Of a DNA stretch of 37,169 nt, positions 26,501 to 34,633 are shown in pieces (positions within the stretch are counted from its first letter, which is position 1; each line of letters begins with the position of its first letter). Source of the DNA: a virus. The DNA lies in the IMG/VR virus record IMGVR_UViG_3300021960_000008. One strand, given 5' to 3'. Position numbers and translations under genes: made by a program. The notes below the pieces were generated by a model that saw nothing but the letters and a program-made list of their open reading frames with translations, made no database searches and had not been told where the DNA came from.

Positions 26501-28730
26501 TAATCCAAGAGCAGAAATAAAAAATAGAAAAGAAATGGAAAAAAAAGGTTATGTATTAGAAGGAGCGCCAATGCTACCTAGAGTATCACGTAAAATACGT
26601 ATTGGTAGAAGAACAATAACAGTAGAAACAAATGAAATAGATAGAGCAGGATATTCTAGACCTGAATATCGTTGGGTAAATGAATTTATGTCATTAGACC
26701 CTATTGAACTTAAATTAATTTCCAAATTTGTGTTAAGCAGTGTTAGTTTAGTAAAACAAGGTTATACAGGTGCAAACCCTGCGTTTTGGTGGACAAACAT
26801 AATGATGGACGTAGGAACTGTGTTACAAAATACAGATGTTAAATTAGTAAATTTATCAATAAAAAAATGGAAAGATGGGTTGCCACCTGACCAAAAAAGA
26901 TTAATGACTGTTTTTGGACGAGATGTATCTTTTGGATATAGTCTTGTTACTGCAATGGTAGAATCAATAAAACAATCTAGATATCTTTATGCTAAACAAG
27001 AAAATTTAGATGCAATAAGTAAATGGATGTATCAATCTGCTGTTGTTCTTGCTAGAAAAGATAGAAGTAATTTTGCACAAACTTATACAGATGCATTACC
27101 TAAAGAAGTTGTTAAAGATATAGAAGATTTAACAAAAGACCCTAAAGATTATGTAGATTTTATCAAAGACCCTGTTACTCGTTCTGCACAACAGTTTACT
27201 GCAGCATGGAATGTTTTAAGTCAAATTGGTAAAGCAACAGAGTTTGTAACTAGAAATGCGGTGGCTCGTTATAAAATAAATCAAAAACAAGCAGGCAAGT
27301 TAAATCAATCACAAAGACAAATAGCACAACTAGTAAGACGACAAATTGTTGATTTTACACAGGGAGGAAATCCTCTATTAGAAATACCGTTTCTTTTTTA
27401 TAGAGCTACAGTAGCTGGTTTTTATGCAGTAGGTAAAAGTGAAAAAAGGTCTAGGCAAGAAGACCCTAGACAAAAATGGTACAAAAGAAATTTTTGGCAA
27501 GCAACTTGGAAATATGCAGCAACATTTGAATTACTAAGAGCGCTTGGACTATTTGGTTTTATGGGCGAAGAAGTAGAAAAAATGATGAAAGCTGTTAAAA
27601 AATACGATGATATATTTTATTGGATTGTACCTATTGGAAAAGAGCAAGTAAATACAACTGAAACAGCAGCGTTAGGATTTAATGCATATAGACCTATATA
27701 TTTTACTTTTAGAAAATCACCATCAGTTTCTGTTCAATCAGAAATTTTAAGAAATCTAATTTCTCCAGTTATTAAAGAAGCAAGATACAGTATTTTAGCT
27801 CCTTTACAAGATGCTGTGGGTGTAAAAAGAGATACCCCTATTACAAGAGGTGACTCAGATTGGCTTACATCAGAAAGTGGAACAGATTTTAAAAACGTTG
27901 TAACAAGAAATGTACCATCAGAATCTGGTGCATATGAAATGGTTGGTGATTTAATTAGTATAGTTCTGCAAGACCAAATAGAAAATCCTTTTAATGGTAT
28001 AGGCATGATTGACCCTGATGTTATAAAAGGAATGAAATCAGAAAATGCGTTTCAACCAAATATAAGTGAGTATAGACCTTTTGCATCTATAGTTGGTCCT
28101 TTAGATTTAGGAAGAGTTCATAAAGAATATTACAAACAAGCTCTTGCTAGTTTTTGGAACAAATATGTTTCATCAACAATGTTAACATTTAAAGCTGATA
28201 TAGGCGAAACAAAAGATAAACCAGAAGGTGCTGTGTCTAAATATACAGAAAGTATTTTTGGAAGAGTGACTGGTATCAATAGATTTCTAAGAGTAGGAAA
28301 TGTTATGGGAGAAAGAGAAGCATCAACTGATATTAAAAATTATGATAATTCAAAAGCTTTAGATAGAGCAAATGAAAGAATATTGTTAGATAAGTTATAT
28401 TCTGGAAATGATTTAACAGAAGAGGAAGCTAACGAATTAGATGTATATTTACTACAAAACAAAAACAATACAAACTTTAGAATTATGATTAAAAATAGTT
28501 TATATAACAATGGTAATTACACATATTTCTTAGACAAATATTATAATGCCCAAAGTAAAGCTAAAAGAAGGTATTTTTTAGAAAGAATAATAGAATCTAA
28601 TAAAGGATATAATATGGACTATAGTAAAGAAAAAGAACGTGAAAAGGCAGAAAAAGAACTAAATACTAATAAAGAAACTACAAAACCTAAAGAAGAGGAA
28701 TATGAGTTTATACCAGAAAGTTTAAGATAA
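20487..28730 (+). CDS. Giant (about 2,747 aa) internal virion / ejection protein (T7 gp16-like position) with an HExxH zincin-like module
   Basis: A single uninterrupted ORF. I prefer the ATG at 20487 (the track uses GTG at 20466). HEIGH is encoded at 23700..23714, preceded by GSYGHYDPTDNTVNISP. There are hydrophobic segments at about 21750..22330 and near the C-terminus. A possible lysozyme-like ...SNESN...GGAFGY lies near 21069. Confidence 0.7.
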   Translation: MALNNTIPTRTELMQAGYDVKTVDSIIGNRNTLLKKQGFSEHDINVYDGVYPRDKELIPSLMFAFDNKFNLTKNEYENSKNNPEILSQLIDEKAKSFNNYYEKLYTNDKNFTKLATDGLLNLQKQKPFKTPDLLQQNLINPDGTNIADYLGTNNIGLYDYDIGKPVYDYLFSRYPDFTQENKDNLHYLLSRIASNESNTTMKYDADKNRGGAFGYDTKNEITAPNSFRGALTLLQRQYDRDNDPVPFWVLDALKHNNPTRLSPAQEIELQTAIYNSVPAKMRLGIAKGNKEVMLDYYRIYVNDNKQKVEEFAKLLEQNDNVVPVGFDLPYFSDTDYSVQNTFLEPYADRVKNFFGGQGYNAILGNGSLNHSYIGRGIDYARFHFGYMSKDEAMNRIAVADSIHQSRSNGFNSFMHELVTFGLNYPTYSGFGRLFAAGTSFTKMPLIQSIIGGAGSFVGPELMHQPILAALRDGQKINNLEQLNDYLWSNEALQVYMDSAVLGSVTAGSAIMFRRANSQLLANQIAKNYNKNNFLMWGGALGKTEAAGSIFGLGTGMSVLDYYHTGEFNFQDNYLSASAFVGAVGLSKYAFRNFKSMFETNKIRDDHFKEGTLANDFLKTGYKDPATVAGENTFDLYMKLKKGVNVIIPKKFKINEEITGNSKVVNEKEQNGTILLETESPSGAKNIELAENVLKDNVDSNLRYNEEKQKYENILESEPREYKINQTDTEKLSFNNERPNLQRNYSLSFVKNALEEVVRHYGTTTDTVLLLAKDYPEFNEYIAESGIMPVPDVEKNLKYWKQDTEYDKTKVFGTSFETTIDQHNQVISNIFNSKKNQFQELNLNVDTGSIAIFKTADMYVGLPSKLYKILSNPKNLKGDEEYDKPSMVFHPKRGMDLNDVREFMYSTDVQEIGRLIFIDKDGKVLASVKPLNVARYAQLIEKAKKEYKRDDEAIIIKDTGLKNGGTPHEPHVLIESVFDEKTVNSIYNQKTGLDYIDASMIVLAVTGKKIQNIPTGSYGHYDPTDNTVNISPIKHVSALKFGTGESTEKIGGFIGKQLPGFAYTISQAITAFHEIGHMEQGNADGFTPSSYGYESWGEFIKAYGVETTFGGAKAIDLPFDFTVEEFRNRAAKWEEGFKAIERMDADALYKLFGTGNIIGNLTKAKGFIYNAINKKTGEIKGVLDKTILDALYEEALADAKIAEKEWQKEIDAMGLQITPKDILSVWNKTNARDFLPPELYDKIARADEALKKEIIKQAMKGIIHDDLKVIVDLINDVEITKPDFAAQAKKRFAEAVQREMNRRGMVTLEQITNEIADISLIIRPVTMFTNITRSKMGYVKVTKESFMKIIKMNEKEIAKEIEKVKKKIAAAPGAETTANLTNYEKYLNAFDAEELSYRRNSAEMYADFMSALLAHPELVKDRAPNALELFHNFMDERPAFKKIYTEILNQLNAGTNARADAAIKFMADDIKKESDNAISRLSKRTKSLILDPLSNNFIDLAKQIFVSKEAYINARTDSYRPSLTNGIASWKNTELSPTGKPTGRYVGLSEAERVQAKIDDYKMFGSTAEAYQMDTLNNVVNPAKEYLAEKGKPYDYFSVLIIANRLHSLKKTGEKDIESPYKLISEDEYFVNLEKAQEQVEALENKEDAEYELQQAKEKLNVLKGLEKYINQFRTIEDLKTHFDENYPELNKIAEVFYTQNREFMRNAFSHGATESITREQYDMFIEKAPIKFYATLKPVDKIYDAIAGHDYTGSFGGSKLDTAFHEGFFNTPLDPVFATVQKLSVIGAREKRNQALLSMIGKPIDGEYMSERIPTSSINYKEDIDMWKALDNTAGFFIQYADVFQYYDSWHSMTIPFDTSGLTKEELKEYNEHNPKNTREHIEFVRKFSKKLFKEKLARPSAVPVEYKGKVVEQTKRFVVSGMSRYAIYSGKGSGDVRKIVDVITREELTKEEYVELVAEKNEELAEFYEKYKKAPKRKRVPIGFYSKKQFGIVRPEIRISYEDFNPRAEIKNRKEMEKKGYVLEGAPMLPRVSRKIRIGRRTITVETNEIDRAGYSRPEYRWVNEFMSLDPIELKLISKFVLSSVSLVKQGYTGANPAFWWTNIMMDVGTVLQNTDVKLVNLSIKKWKDGLPPDQKRLMTVFGRDVSFGYSLVTAMVESIKQSRYLYAKQENLDAISKWMYQSAVVLARKDRSNFAQTYTDALPKEVVKDIEDLTKDPKDYVDFIKDPVTRSAQQFTAAWNVLSQIGKATEFVTRNAVARYKINQKQAGKLNQSQRQIAQLVRRQIVDFTQGGNPLLEIPFLFYRATVAGFYAVGKSEKRSRQEDPRQKWYKRNFWQATWKYAATFELLRALGLFGFMGEEVEKMMKAVKKYDDIFYWIVPIGKEQVNTTETAALGFNAYRPIYFTFRKSPSVSVQSEILRNLISPVIKEARYSILAPLQDAVGVKRDTPITRGDSDWLTSESGTDFKNVVTRNVPSESGAYEMVGDLISIVLQDQIENPFNGIGMIDPDVIKGMKSENAFQPNISEYRPFASIVGPLDLGRVHKEYYKQALASFWNKYVSSTMLTFKADIGETKDKPEGAVSKYTESIFGRVTGINRFLRVGNVMGEREASTDIKNYDNSKALDRANERILLDKLYSGNDLTEEEANELDVYLLQNKNNTNFRIMIKNSLYNNGNYTYFLDKYYNAQSKAKRRYFLERIIESNKGYNMDYSKEKEREKAEKELNTNKETTKPKEEEYEFIPESLR

Positions 28731-28756
28731 ATGTGATATAATAATGGAGAATAACA

Positions 28757-30727
28757 ATGGCAGTAGCAACAACAATTATTAAAAATAGTTACAGTGGAGA
28801 TGGCAGTCAAACTACCTTTGCGTATGCTTTTAAAATATCTGCAGATGCAGATTTAGAAGTTATTATAAGGTCTGCAGCAGGTACAGAAACTGTTAAAACA
28901 CTTACGACACATTATACAGTAACTGGTGCAGGAGAAGCATCAGGGGGTAATGTAGTATTTACTGCAGGAAATATACCTACAGCTACTGAAACAGTAGTTA
29001 TTAGAAGGTCTACAACTCAAACACAAACACTTGACTTAGTAGAAAACGACCCGTTTACAGCAGATTCTGTAGAAGGTGCATTTGATAAAAACCTATCAAT
29101 AGCACAAGAACTTCAAGAACAAATAGATAGAAGCATAAAAATTTCCAGAACAAATACTATGACCTCTACCGACTTTACCACATCTGCAAGTGATAGAGCA
29201 AGTAAAATTCTTGCCTTTGATACAAGTGGTGAGATATCAGTAACACAAGAATTAGGCACATATAAAGGTACAGATACTACTGTTATAACAGAGGCCTATG
29301 TGCAAAGAGATATAATTAAATCTACAACAGCAGGACAACTTAATAATGTATATATTTGTGTAGCAGATGCAGTTGTAGGAGATTCTTTAACAGATACAGA
29401 CCATTTTGAATTATTAATAGATGCTGTAAGTGCAGCAACAAGTGCTACAAACGCAGCTAGTTCTGCCTCAGCAGCAGCAACCTCAGCTACAAACGCTGCA
29501 ACATCTGCTTCAAATGCCTCAACTTCAGAAACCAACGCAGCTACATCAGAAACAAACGCAGGTACAAGCGCAACAAATGCAGCATCTAGTGCAACTGCAG
29601 CAGCATCAAGTGCGACTTCTGCTGCAAGTAGTGCAACGACAGCTACAACTAAGGCATCAGAAGCATCAACATCAGCAACTAATGCTGCTACAAGTGAAAC
29701 TAATGCTGGAACATCAGCAACTAATGCAAGTAATTCAGCTACAGCAGCAGCAACATCAGAAACAAATGCTGCCAACTCAGCGACAGCAGCAGCAACTAGT
29801 GCAACTAATGCCTCTAATAGTGCGACAGCTGCAGCTACAAGTGCGACAAATGCTGGGACTTCTGAAACCAATGCAGCGACTTCTGCTACTAATGCCGCTA
29901 CTTCTGCTACTAATGCAGCGACTAGTGAAACAAATGCAGCAGCAAGTTATGATAACTTTGATGATAGATATTTAGGAAGTAAAACTTCTGACCCAACACT
30001 AGATAATGATGGCGATGCTCTGGTTACAGGTGCATTATATTTTAATAGTTCATCGAATGAAATGAAAGTGTATGGCGGCTCTTCATGGGCAGCCGTAGCA
30101 CCCACTGCAACAAGTGCAAGTGATATTACAACAGGTACACTAGCTGATGCAAGACTTAGTTCAAATGTAACATTAAATGATGGCACACAAACACTTACAA
30201 ACAAGACACTTACAACACCTGTTATATCTTCTATTTCAAACACAGGTACAGTAACTTTACCAACAGCTACAGACACATTAGTCGGTAGAGCAACAACTGA
30301 TACTCTAACAAACAAGACAATAGATTCAGCCACAATTACAAAACACGTGCAAGAAACTGCGACAGTATCAGCTACTGCAGCAACTGGCACAATAAATTAT
30401 GATGTAAAAACACAATCAATTTTATATTACACAACAAACGCATCTGGCAACTTTACAGTAAATGTAAGAGGAGATGGTAGTACAAGTCTTGATAGTATTA
30501 TGGATACAGGAGATGTTATTACTGTCGTATTTTTAGTCACCAATGGTGGTACAGCATACTATAACAATACTTTTCAAATAGATGGTAGTGGTGTTACACC
30601 AGAATGGCAAGGTGGTTCAGCACCTAGTGGTGGCAATACTAACAGTATAGATGCTTATACATATTCAATAATTAAAACAGGGAGTGCTACGTTTACTGCC
30701 TTGGCAGCTCAAACACAATACGCATAA
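28757..30727 (+). CDS. Tail fibre protein with a long heptad-repeat shaft
   Basis: 656 aa. The N-terminal YSGDGSQTTFAYAFKI is an adaptor-type motif. About 25 heptads of (S/T)(A/E)TNA(A/G)(T/S) follow. After them comes the conserved fibre motif DDRYLGSKTSDPTLDNDGDALVTGALYFNSSSNEMKVYGGSSW. Confidence 0.8.
   Translation: MAVATTIIKNSYSGDGSQTTFAYAFKISADADLEVIIRSAAGTETVKTLTTHYTVTGAGEASGGNVVFTAGNIPTATETVVIRRSTTQTQTLDLVENDPFTADSVEGAFDKNLSIAQELQEQIDRSIKISRTNTMTSTDFTTSASDRASKILAFDTSGEISVTQELGTYKGTDTTVITEAYVQRDIIKSTTAGQLNNVYICVADAVVGDSLTDTDHFELLIDAVSAATSATNAASSASAAATSATNAATSASNASTSETNAATSETNAGTSATNAASSATAAASSATSAASSATTATTKASEASTSATNAATSETNAGTSATNASNSATAAATSETNAANSATAAATSATNASNSATAAATSATNAGTSETNAATSATNAATSATNAATSETNAAASYDNFDDRYLGSKTSDPTLDNDGDALVTGALYFNSSSNEMKVYGGSSWAAVAPTATSASDITTGTLADARLSSNVTLNDGTQTLTNKTLTTPVISSISNTGTVTLPTATDTLVGRATTDTLTNKTIDSATITKHVQETATVSATAATGTINYDVKTQSILYYTTNASGNFTVNVRGDGSTSLDSIMDTGDVITVVFLVTNGGTAYYNNTFQIDGSGVTPEWQGGSAPSGGNTNSIDAYTYSIIKTGSATFTALAAQTQYA
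29424..29947 (+). repeat. Imperfect 21-bp tandem repeats encoding the tail-fibre heptads
   Basis: Periodic (a/t)c(t/a)gc(t/a)ac(a/t)aa(t/c)gc(t/a)gc... units are visible throughout. They produce spurious long ORFs in other frames and on the opposite strand. Confidence 0.9.
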
Positions 30728-31428
30728 TGCCAATAATAGGTTCAATAGGCTCAGCAAGTGCAAGTGGCTTTGGCCAACGAGCAGCTGCAGGTATACCAAA
30801 TGTAACACCTGGAAACCAATCATTTACAGCTAACGGAACATTCACACTACAAACTGGTGTCTACTACAACAACCTTATCTTCCGTGTATACGGAGCAGGT
30901 GGGGGTGGTGGAGAAGGTAGGTATGGTGATATTAAATTTCCAGCTGATGGTAATGATGGCTTTGCAGGAACGGCATCAAGTGTAGCTAAATCTGGCATTA
31001 CAACTATACAAGGTAATGGTGGTGGTGCTGGTACAGGTGCAACTGGGGGTGCTGCTCCTGGTGGTGCAGGTGGAACTGCAAGTGGTGGAGATACAAACAC
31101 TACTGGTTCTGCTGGTGGCGATGGTTTAGCTGGAATACCTACTTATGCTCCTGGAGCAGGTGGCGACCCAGGTGGTACAGGTGAAACTGGTTATAACTCA
31201 TCACGAGGTGGTGGGGGAGCAGGTGGAGCAGGTACTGGTTCAGCACCAGCTGGTGGCGCAGGTGGCGGCGGCGGTGGCTTTGCCAAAAAAACTTTCTCTG
31301 CCTTTGAAGGAGATGGCGCAAGTTATACAGTAACCATAGGTTCAGGTGGAGCTGGTGGTTCTGGTGGTAATGGCTCACCTGATGGTACACCTGGTGAAGG
31401 TGGATTTGTTTATGTGGAGTGGAATTAA
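30727..31428 (+). CDS. Glycine-rich tail-fibre-associated protein
   Basis: 233 aa with a TAATG overlap with the fibre gene. VYGAGGGGGEG ... GGAGTGATGGAAPGGAGGTASGG ... TIGSGGAGGSGGNG ... GGFVYVEW matches the glycine-rich domain proteins found next to phage fibres. Confidence 0.65.
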   Translation: MPIIGSIGSASASGFGQRAAAGIPNVTPGNQSFTANGTFTLQTGVYYNNLIFRVYGAGGGGGEGRYGDIKFPADGNDGFAGTASSVAKSGITTIQGNGGGAGTGATGGAAPGGAGGTASGGDTNTTGSAGGDGLAGIPTYAPGAGGDPGGTGETGYNSSRGGGGAGGAGTGSAPAGGAGGGGGGFAKKTFSAFEGDGASYTVTIGSGGAGGSGGNGSPDGTPGEGGFVYVEWN

Positions 31429-31967
31429 TGAGAAAATGTGCAGTAACTGAAAATGGAATAATACAAAGAGTTATTAATTGTGACATGGAAACTTGTCCAG
31501 AAAATCATACTTGTATGAATGATGCAGACCCACACCATATTACAACAGACGAAGCACAAACAGCTTATGATTTATTTAAAACAGTTAGTTATTTTCCTGG
31601 ACTTAAAGCTGCCGATGAGTGTAACAATTTAACAGTTGTATATGATTCAACTATACCTATGGTATGGCATTACAGTATACACAGAGCTGGTGAAAATTTT
31701 AAAGGAACAGGATATACATTAGATGTAGACGCAGTGTCTATAGGATGTGTAACAGGGGATAACTCTGGCACAGCACATACAACAGCTACTATTAACCTTA
31801 TGAACTGGTTTAGAGATAGTTGGAATATCCCTATAACCCTGTGTGAGCCACCTAAATCCAACACTTTAGTACAAGCATGGTGTAAAAACTCGCTTGGTTT
31901 TACAGATACAGGTACACTATATACTAGTGGAGAATATGAATTTTATATATACAGGAGAACAAACTAA
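31428..31967 (+). CDS. Hypothetical Cys-rich protein
   Basis: 179 aa from the ATG at 31428 (TAATG overlap). The N-terminus is MRKCAVTENGIIQRVINCD, and I recognise no family. Confidence 0.55.
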   Translation: MRKCAVTENGIIQRVINCDMETCPENHTCMNDADPHHITTDEAQTAYDLFKTVSYFPGLKAADECNNLTVVYDSTIPMVWHYSIHRAGENFKGTGYTLDVDAVSIGCVTGDNSGTAHTTATINLMNWFRDSWNIPITLCEPPKSNTLVQAWCKNSLGFTDTGTLYTSGEYEFYIYRRTN

Positions 31968-32149
31968 TGAGTGTTATCGATAATATATTAGAAAGATTAG
32001 AAGACATAGAAACTCGTTTGTTAGAAATAGAAGATGCATTACGCATAACTGAGCCAGAAGAAGACATAGAAGGTGAAGAAGTAGAATATCCTGATTGTGA
32101 TTGTGAAGATGTTTGTGAGGAATGTGATGCCAAATATGATGTCCAATAA
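31967..32149 (+). CDS. Hypothetical very acidic small protein
   Basis: 60 aa with an E/D-rich helix followed by a CDCEDVCEECD cluster. Confidence 0.5.
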   Translation: MSVIDNILERLEDIETRLLEIEDALRITEPEEDIEGEEVEYPDCDCEDVCEECDAKYDVQ

Positions 32150-32348
32150 CGAGCTTACTGTAGAGATGGAGCGTATCAAAGGTGATATGCGTCTTATACA
32201 GAAGTCGATAGAAACCATAGAGAAAAATCATTTAAAACATATAGAGAATGATGTAGCAGCAATTAAAAAAGTTTTATGGACTGTAGCCGTTATTGCAGGT
32301 ACACAAATGATTATTGTAATTAGAGAATTAATGTTGAGAGGTTTATAA
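32127..32348 (+). CDS. Small protein with a coiled-coil N-terminus and a C-terminal transmembrane helix
   Basis: 73 aa from the ATG at 32127 (GAGGAA 5 nt upstream). The TM segment is VLWTVAVIAGTQMIIVI. Confidence 0.5.
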   Translation: MPNMMSNNELTVEMERIKGDMRLIQKSIETIEKNHLKHIENDVAAIKKVLWTVAVIAGTQMIIVIRELMLRGL

Positions 32349-32725
32349 TGTTTGGAATATTCGGAAGTGTAATATCTACAGCAGTAAATGTTTTTCAACA
32401 AAGACAAGAAACAAAACGCTTTGAAGCTATGGCAGAAAGAAACCATATGTATCGCATGGCACAAGGTGAAATAGAATATCAAGCACAAGTAAGAGCAGAT
32501 AATAATAATGGATGGAAAGACGAGTTTGTTCTCGTGATTGTATCACTACCAATCTTGGTACTGGCATATGCAGTATTTTTTGGGGATGCAGATATGAAAG
32601 GTAAACTAGATTTATTCTTTGCATATTTTAACGGATTACCACAATGGTATCAATGGTTACTCATAGGTATCTTCGGAGCTATATATGGACTTAAACCAGC
32701 AGCAGGTATGTTTGGCAAGAAATGA
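32348..32725 (+). CDS. Multi-pass membrane protein, holin candidate
   Basis: 125 aa with 2-3 hydrophobic segments (FVLVIVSLPILVLAYAVFF, WYQWLLIGIFGAIYGL) and a charged C-terminus. The GWKDE motif before TM1 recalls 3TM holins. The call is weak. Confidence 0.45.
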   Translation: MFGIFGSVISTAVNVFQQRQETKRFEAMAERNHMYRMAQGEIEYQAQVRADNNNGWKDEFVLVIVSLPILVLAYAVFFGDADMKGKLDLFFAYFNGLPQWYQWLLIGIFGAIYGLKPAAGMFGKK

Positions 32726-33369
32726 GAATACTGTCAATAATTTTAATTATACTGGGTACGTGTGCCTGGTTGTACGGGTGGATAGCTCATGCAGATGATA
32801 ACAGCACTTCTACACAAACTAATACAAGTGGTTCTAATACTTCCATTTCTGGTGGTTATACTTCCACTACTACTAATTCATATAGCGGTGGTCAAAGTAA
32901 TACAACTACTAACACGACTACCAATTCTACAGAAACTCAGAAAATACCTGTAGGCTCTGCAATAGCACCTTCAATGAGTTCTTATTCACAAGACCTATGT
33001 GTAGTAGGAGTTAGTGGTGGTGTGCAAGTAACAGGATTTGGGGTAGCTGGTGGTACATATGTAACTGACGAGAATTGTGAAAGGATGAAACTATCAAAGC
33101 TCTTATACGATTTTAATATGCGAGTTGCATCAATCGCAATTCTCTGTCAGGACGATAGAGTGTTTAGTGCTATGGAACACGCTGGAACTCCTTGCCCGTT
33201 TGAAGGCCAAATAGCAGAGGCAGCTAAAGCACAATGGAAGAAGTATGATATAGAGAGACCAGACTATGATAAGTATGTAGAAAAATTAAAAAGGAGAGCA
33301 GCTATAGATAACAAAAAACAATTTGTTCCTATAGACACACAATACGACTTGTATGGAGATGATGATTAA
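32722..33369 (+). CDS. Secreted Ser/Thr/Asn-rich, Cys-containing protein
   Basis: 215 aa. The signal-peptide-like N-terminus ends in AHA-DD. A low-complexity S/T/N linker follows, then a C-terminal domain with four Cys residues. Confidence 0.55.
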   Translation: MRILSIILIILGTCAWLYGWIAHADDNSTSTQTNTSGSNTSISGGYTSTTTNSYSGGQSNTTTNTTTNSTETQKIPVGSAIAPSMSSYSQDLCVVGVSGGVQVTGFGVAGGTYVTDENCERMKLSKLLYDFNMRVASIAILCQDDRVFSAMEHAGTPCPFEGQIAEAAKAQWKKYDIERPDYDKYVEKLKRRAAIDNKKQFVPIDTQYDLYGDDD

Positions 33370-34633
33370 ATGTTTATACTTGTCCTTAATACTATTCTTG
33401 ATAGCATGGGCAGTTCAAGCATACGACCAGACAACAGACAACTTACTAAGTCCGAACTTTACAGATGGTTCTTGGACAGGAACAAATCAAACAAGTAGAC
33501 ATGGTGATGACACAATTGCTGGTATAGATGGCAAGTATGTGGAATCATCTATAAACCTTAATGACTATTTAACAAAAGAAGAAATCAATGGTGGATTCAG
33601 TTCTACATTAGGAGCTGACATTTGGTTTTGGAATACAACAGAACAGAATGTTATAATGAAACAAACATTGGTAAATGACAATGGGATTAGTATTACTCAG
33701 CAAAGACAAATCTCTGGAGACTGCATTAATTATAATGGTTGTACTTATGATACTTATACTGATACTATTATTGTGGGTGGAAACAGTCAGCAAGACTACA
33801 AAATAACAGCTAGGTTTGAGTTTAACGAATCAACTGGTAGTCCATATCACAATGCTGCTGATTTGAAAAATCCTAGCCTTACAGTAAGCTATTATGAAAA
33901 CTTTACAAAACCAGAACCCATAGAGTTAGACACAAAGTGGAAAGATACATTGGAGGAAGAATACAAGATGGATTATGTTGTAGAAGAATTTAAATTAGAT
34001 GATTTTATGTTCTTGAAAGAGGACACAGAAATGTTTATATTAGAAGAAACTACAGAAGAATTTGACAAAGAGTTTGAGGAAGTAGAAATCTTACAAGCAT
34101 TTGGAGGACCAGAAATTGTTGAAGAGCCAAAGGAACAAGAGGATAAAGAGATTGATAGCACAGTCGCAATACAAGATGACACCTTGGAGGAGGTCATGGA
34201 AGACGAACCTAAACAAACTGAAGAAACCTTTGTGGCGACAGATGGACAGCAACTTGAGAGTGAACCATCTAGTAACGAGCAAGTGGCAGTAGATGTCCAA
34301 GATGTGCAGACACAGGTAGCAGTTAAAATAAAAGCTATAGACAAACAACTTGCAGCTACAAATATAATGGGTGCGCAACTAATAGAGGCACAACAAGTTG
34401 ATTTGTCTAGCTACAATAAAAGCTACACAGACAATAGAAAGATATATGAAGGTAATACTTATGAGGATTTTAGGACACTTGATGAGTACAGTAAAAAGAT
34501 TTATAATGATAGTACAAAATTTGTAGCTATATCTATGAATGACCCTGTAAGAAAGTATCAGGAAAAACTTAGAGATGCTACAATAAAAAGACAAATGGCT
34601 GAAAGAGAATTAAGACAGCTAAGAGGTTACTGA
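33353..34633 (+). CDS. Secreted protein with a beta-rich N-domain and a highly acidic C-terminal half
   Basis: 426 aa with signal-peptide-like LILFLIAWAVQA-YD. The central and C-terminal region is strongly E/D-rich. Confidence 0.55.
   Translation: MEMMIKCLYLSLILFLIAWAVQAYDQTTDNLLSPNFTDGSWTGTNQTSRHGDDTIAGIDGKYVESSINLNDYLTKEEINGGFSSTLGADIWFWNTTEQNVIMKQTLVNDNGISITQQRQISGDCINYNGCTYDTYTDTIIVGGNSQQDYKITARFEFNESTGSPYHNAADLKNPSLTVSYYENFTKPEPIELDTKWKDTLEEEYKMDYVVEEFKLDDFMFLKEDTEMFILEETTEEFDKEFEEVEILQAFGGPEIVEEPKEQEDKEIDSTVAIQDDTLEEVMEDEPKQTEETFVATDGQQLESEPSSNEQVAVDVQDVQTQVAVKIKAIDKQLAATNIMGAQLIEAQQVDLSSYNKSYTDNRKIYEGNTYEDFRTLDEYSKKIYNDSTKFVAISMNDPVRKYQEKLRDATIKRQMAERELRQLRGY

Noticed and set aside
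28734-28742. TGaTATAAT extended -10-like sequence before the tail-fibre gene
   Set aside because: The predicted start site would fall inside the RBS (GGAG at 28746) of the ATG at 28757. It is probably just AT-rich sequence between translationally coupled genes.
29296-30390. Long ORFs 29296..29871 (-), 29430..29975 (+, Q/L-rich) and 29947..30390 (-)
   Set aside because: They lie entirely within the tail-fibre gene. The stop-free alternative frames come from the 21-bp low-complexity repeats, and the products are low-complexity nonsense.
30864-31486. ORFs 30864..31100 (-), 31139..31486 (-) and 31145..31333 (+)
   Set aside because: These are alternative frames of the GC-rich glycine-repeat gene. 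Their proline- and histidine-rich translations are typical frame artefacts.
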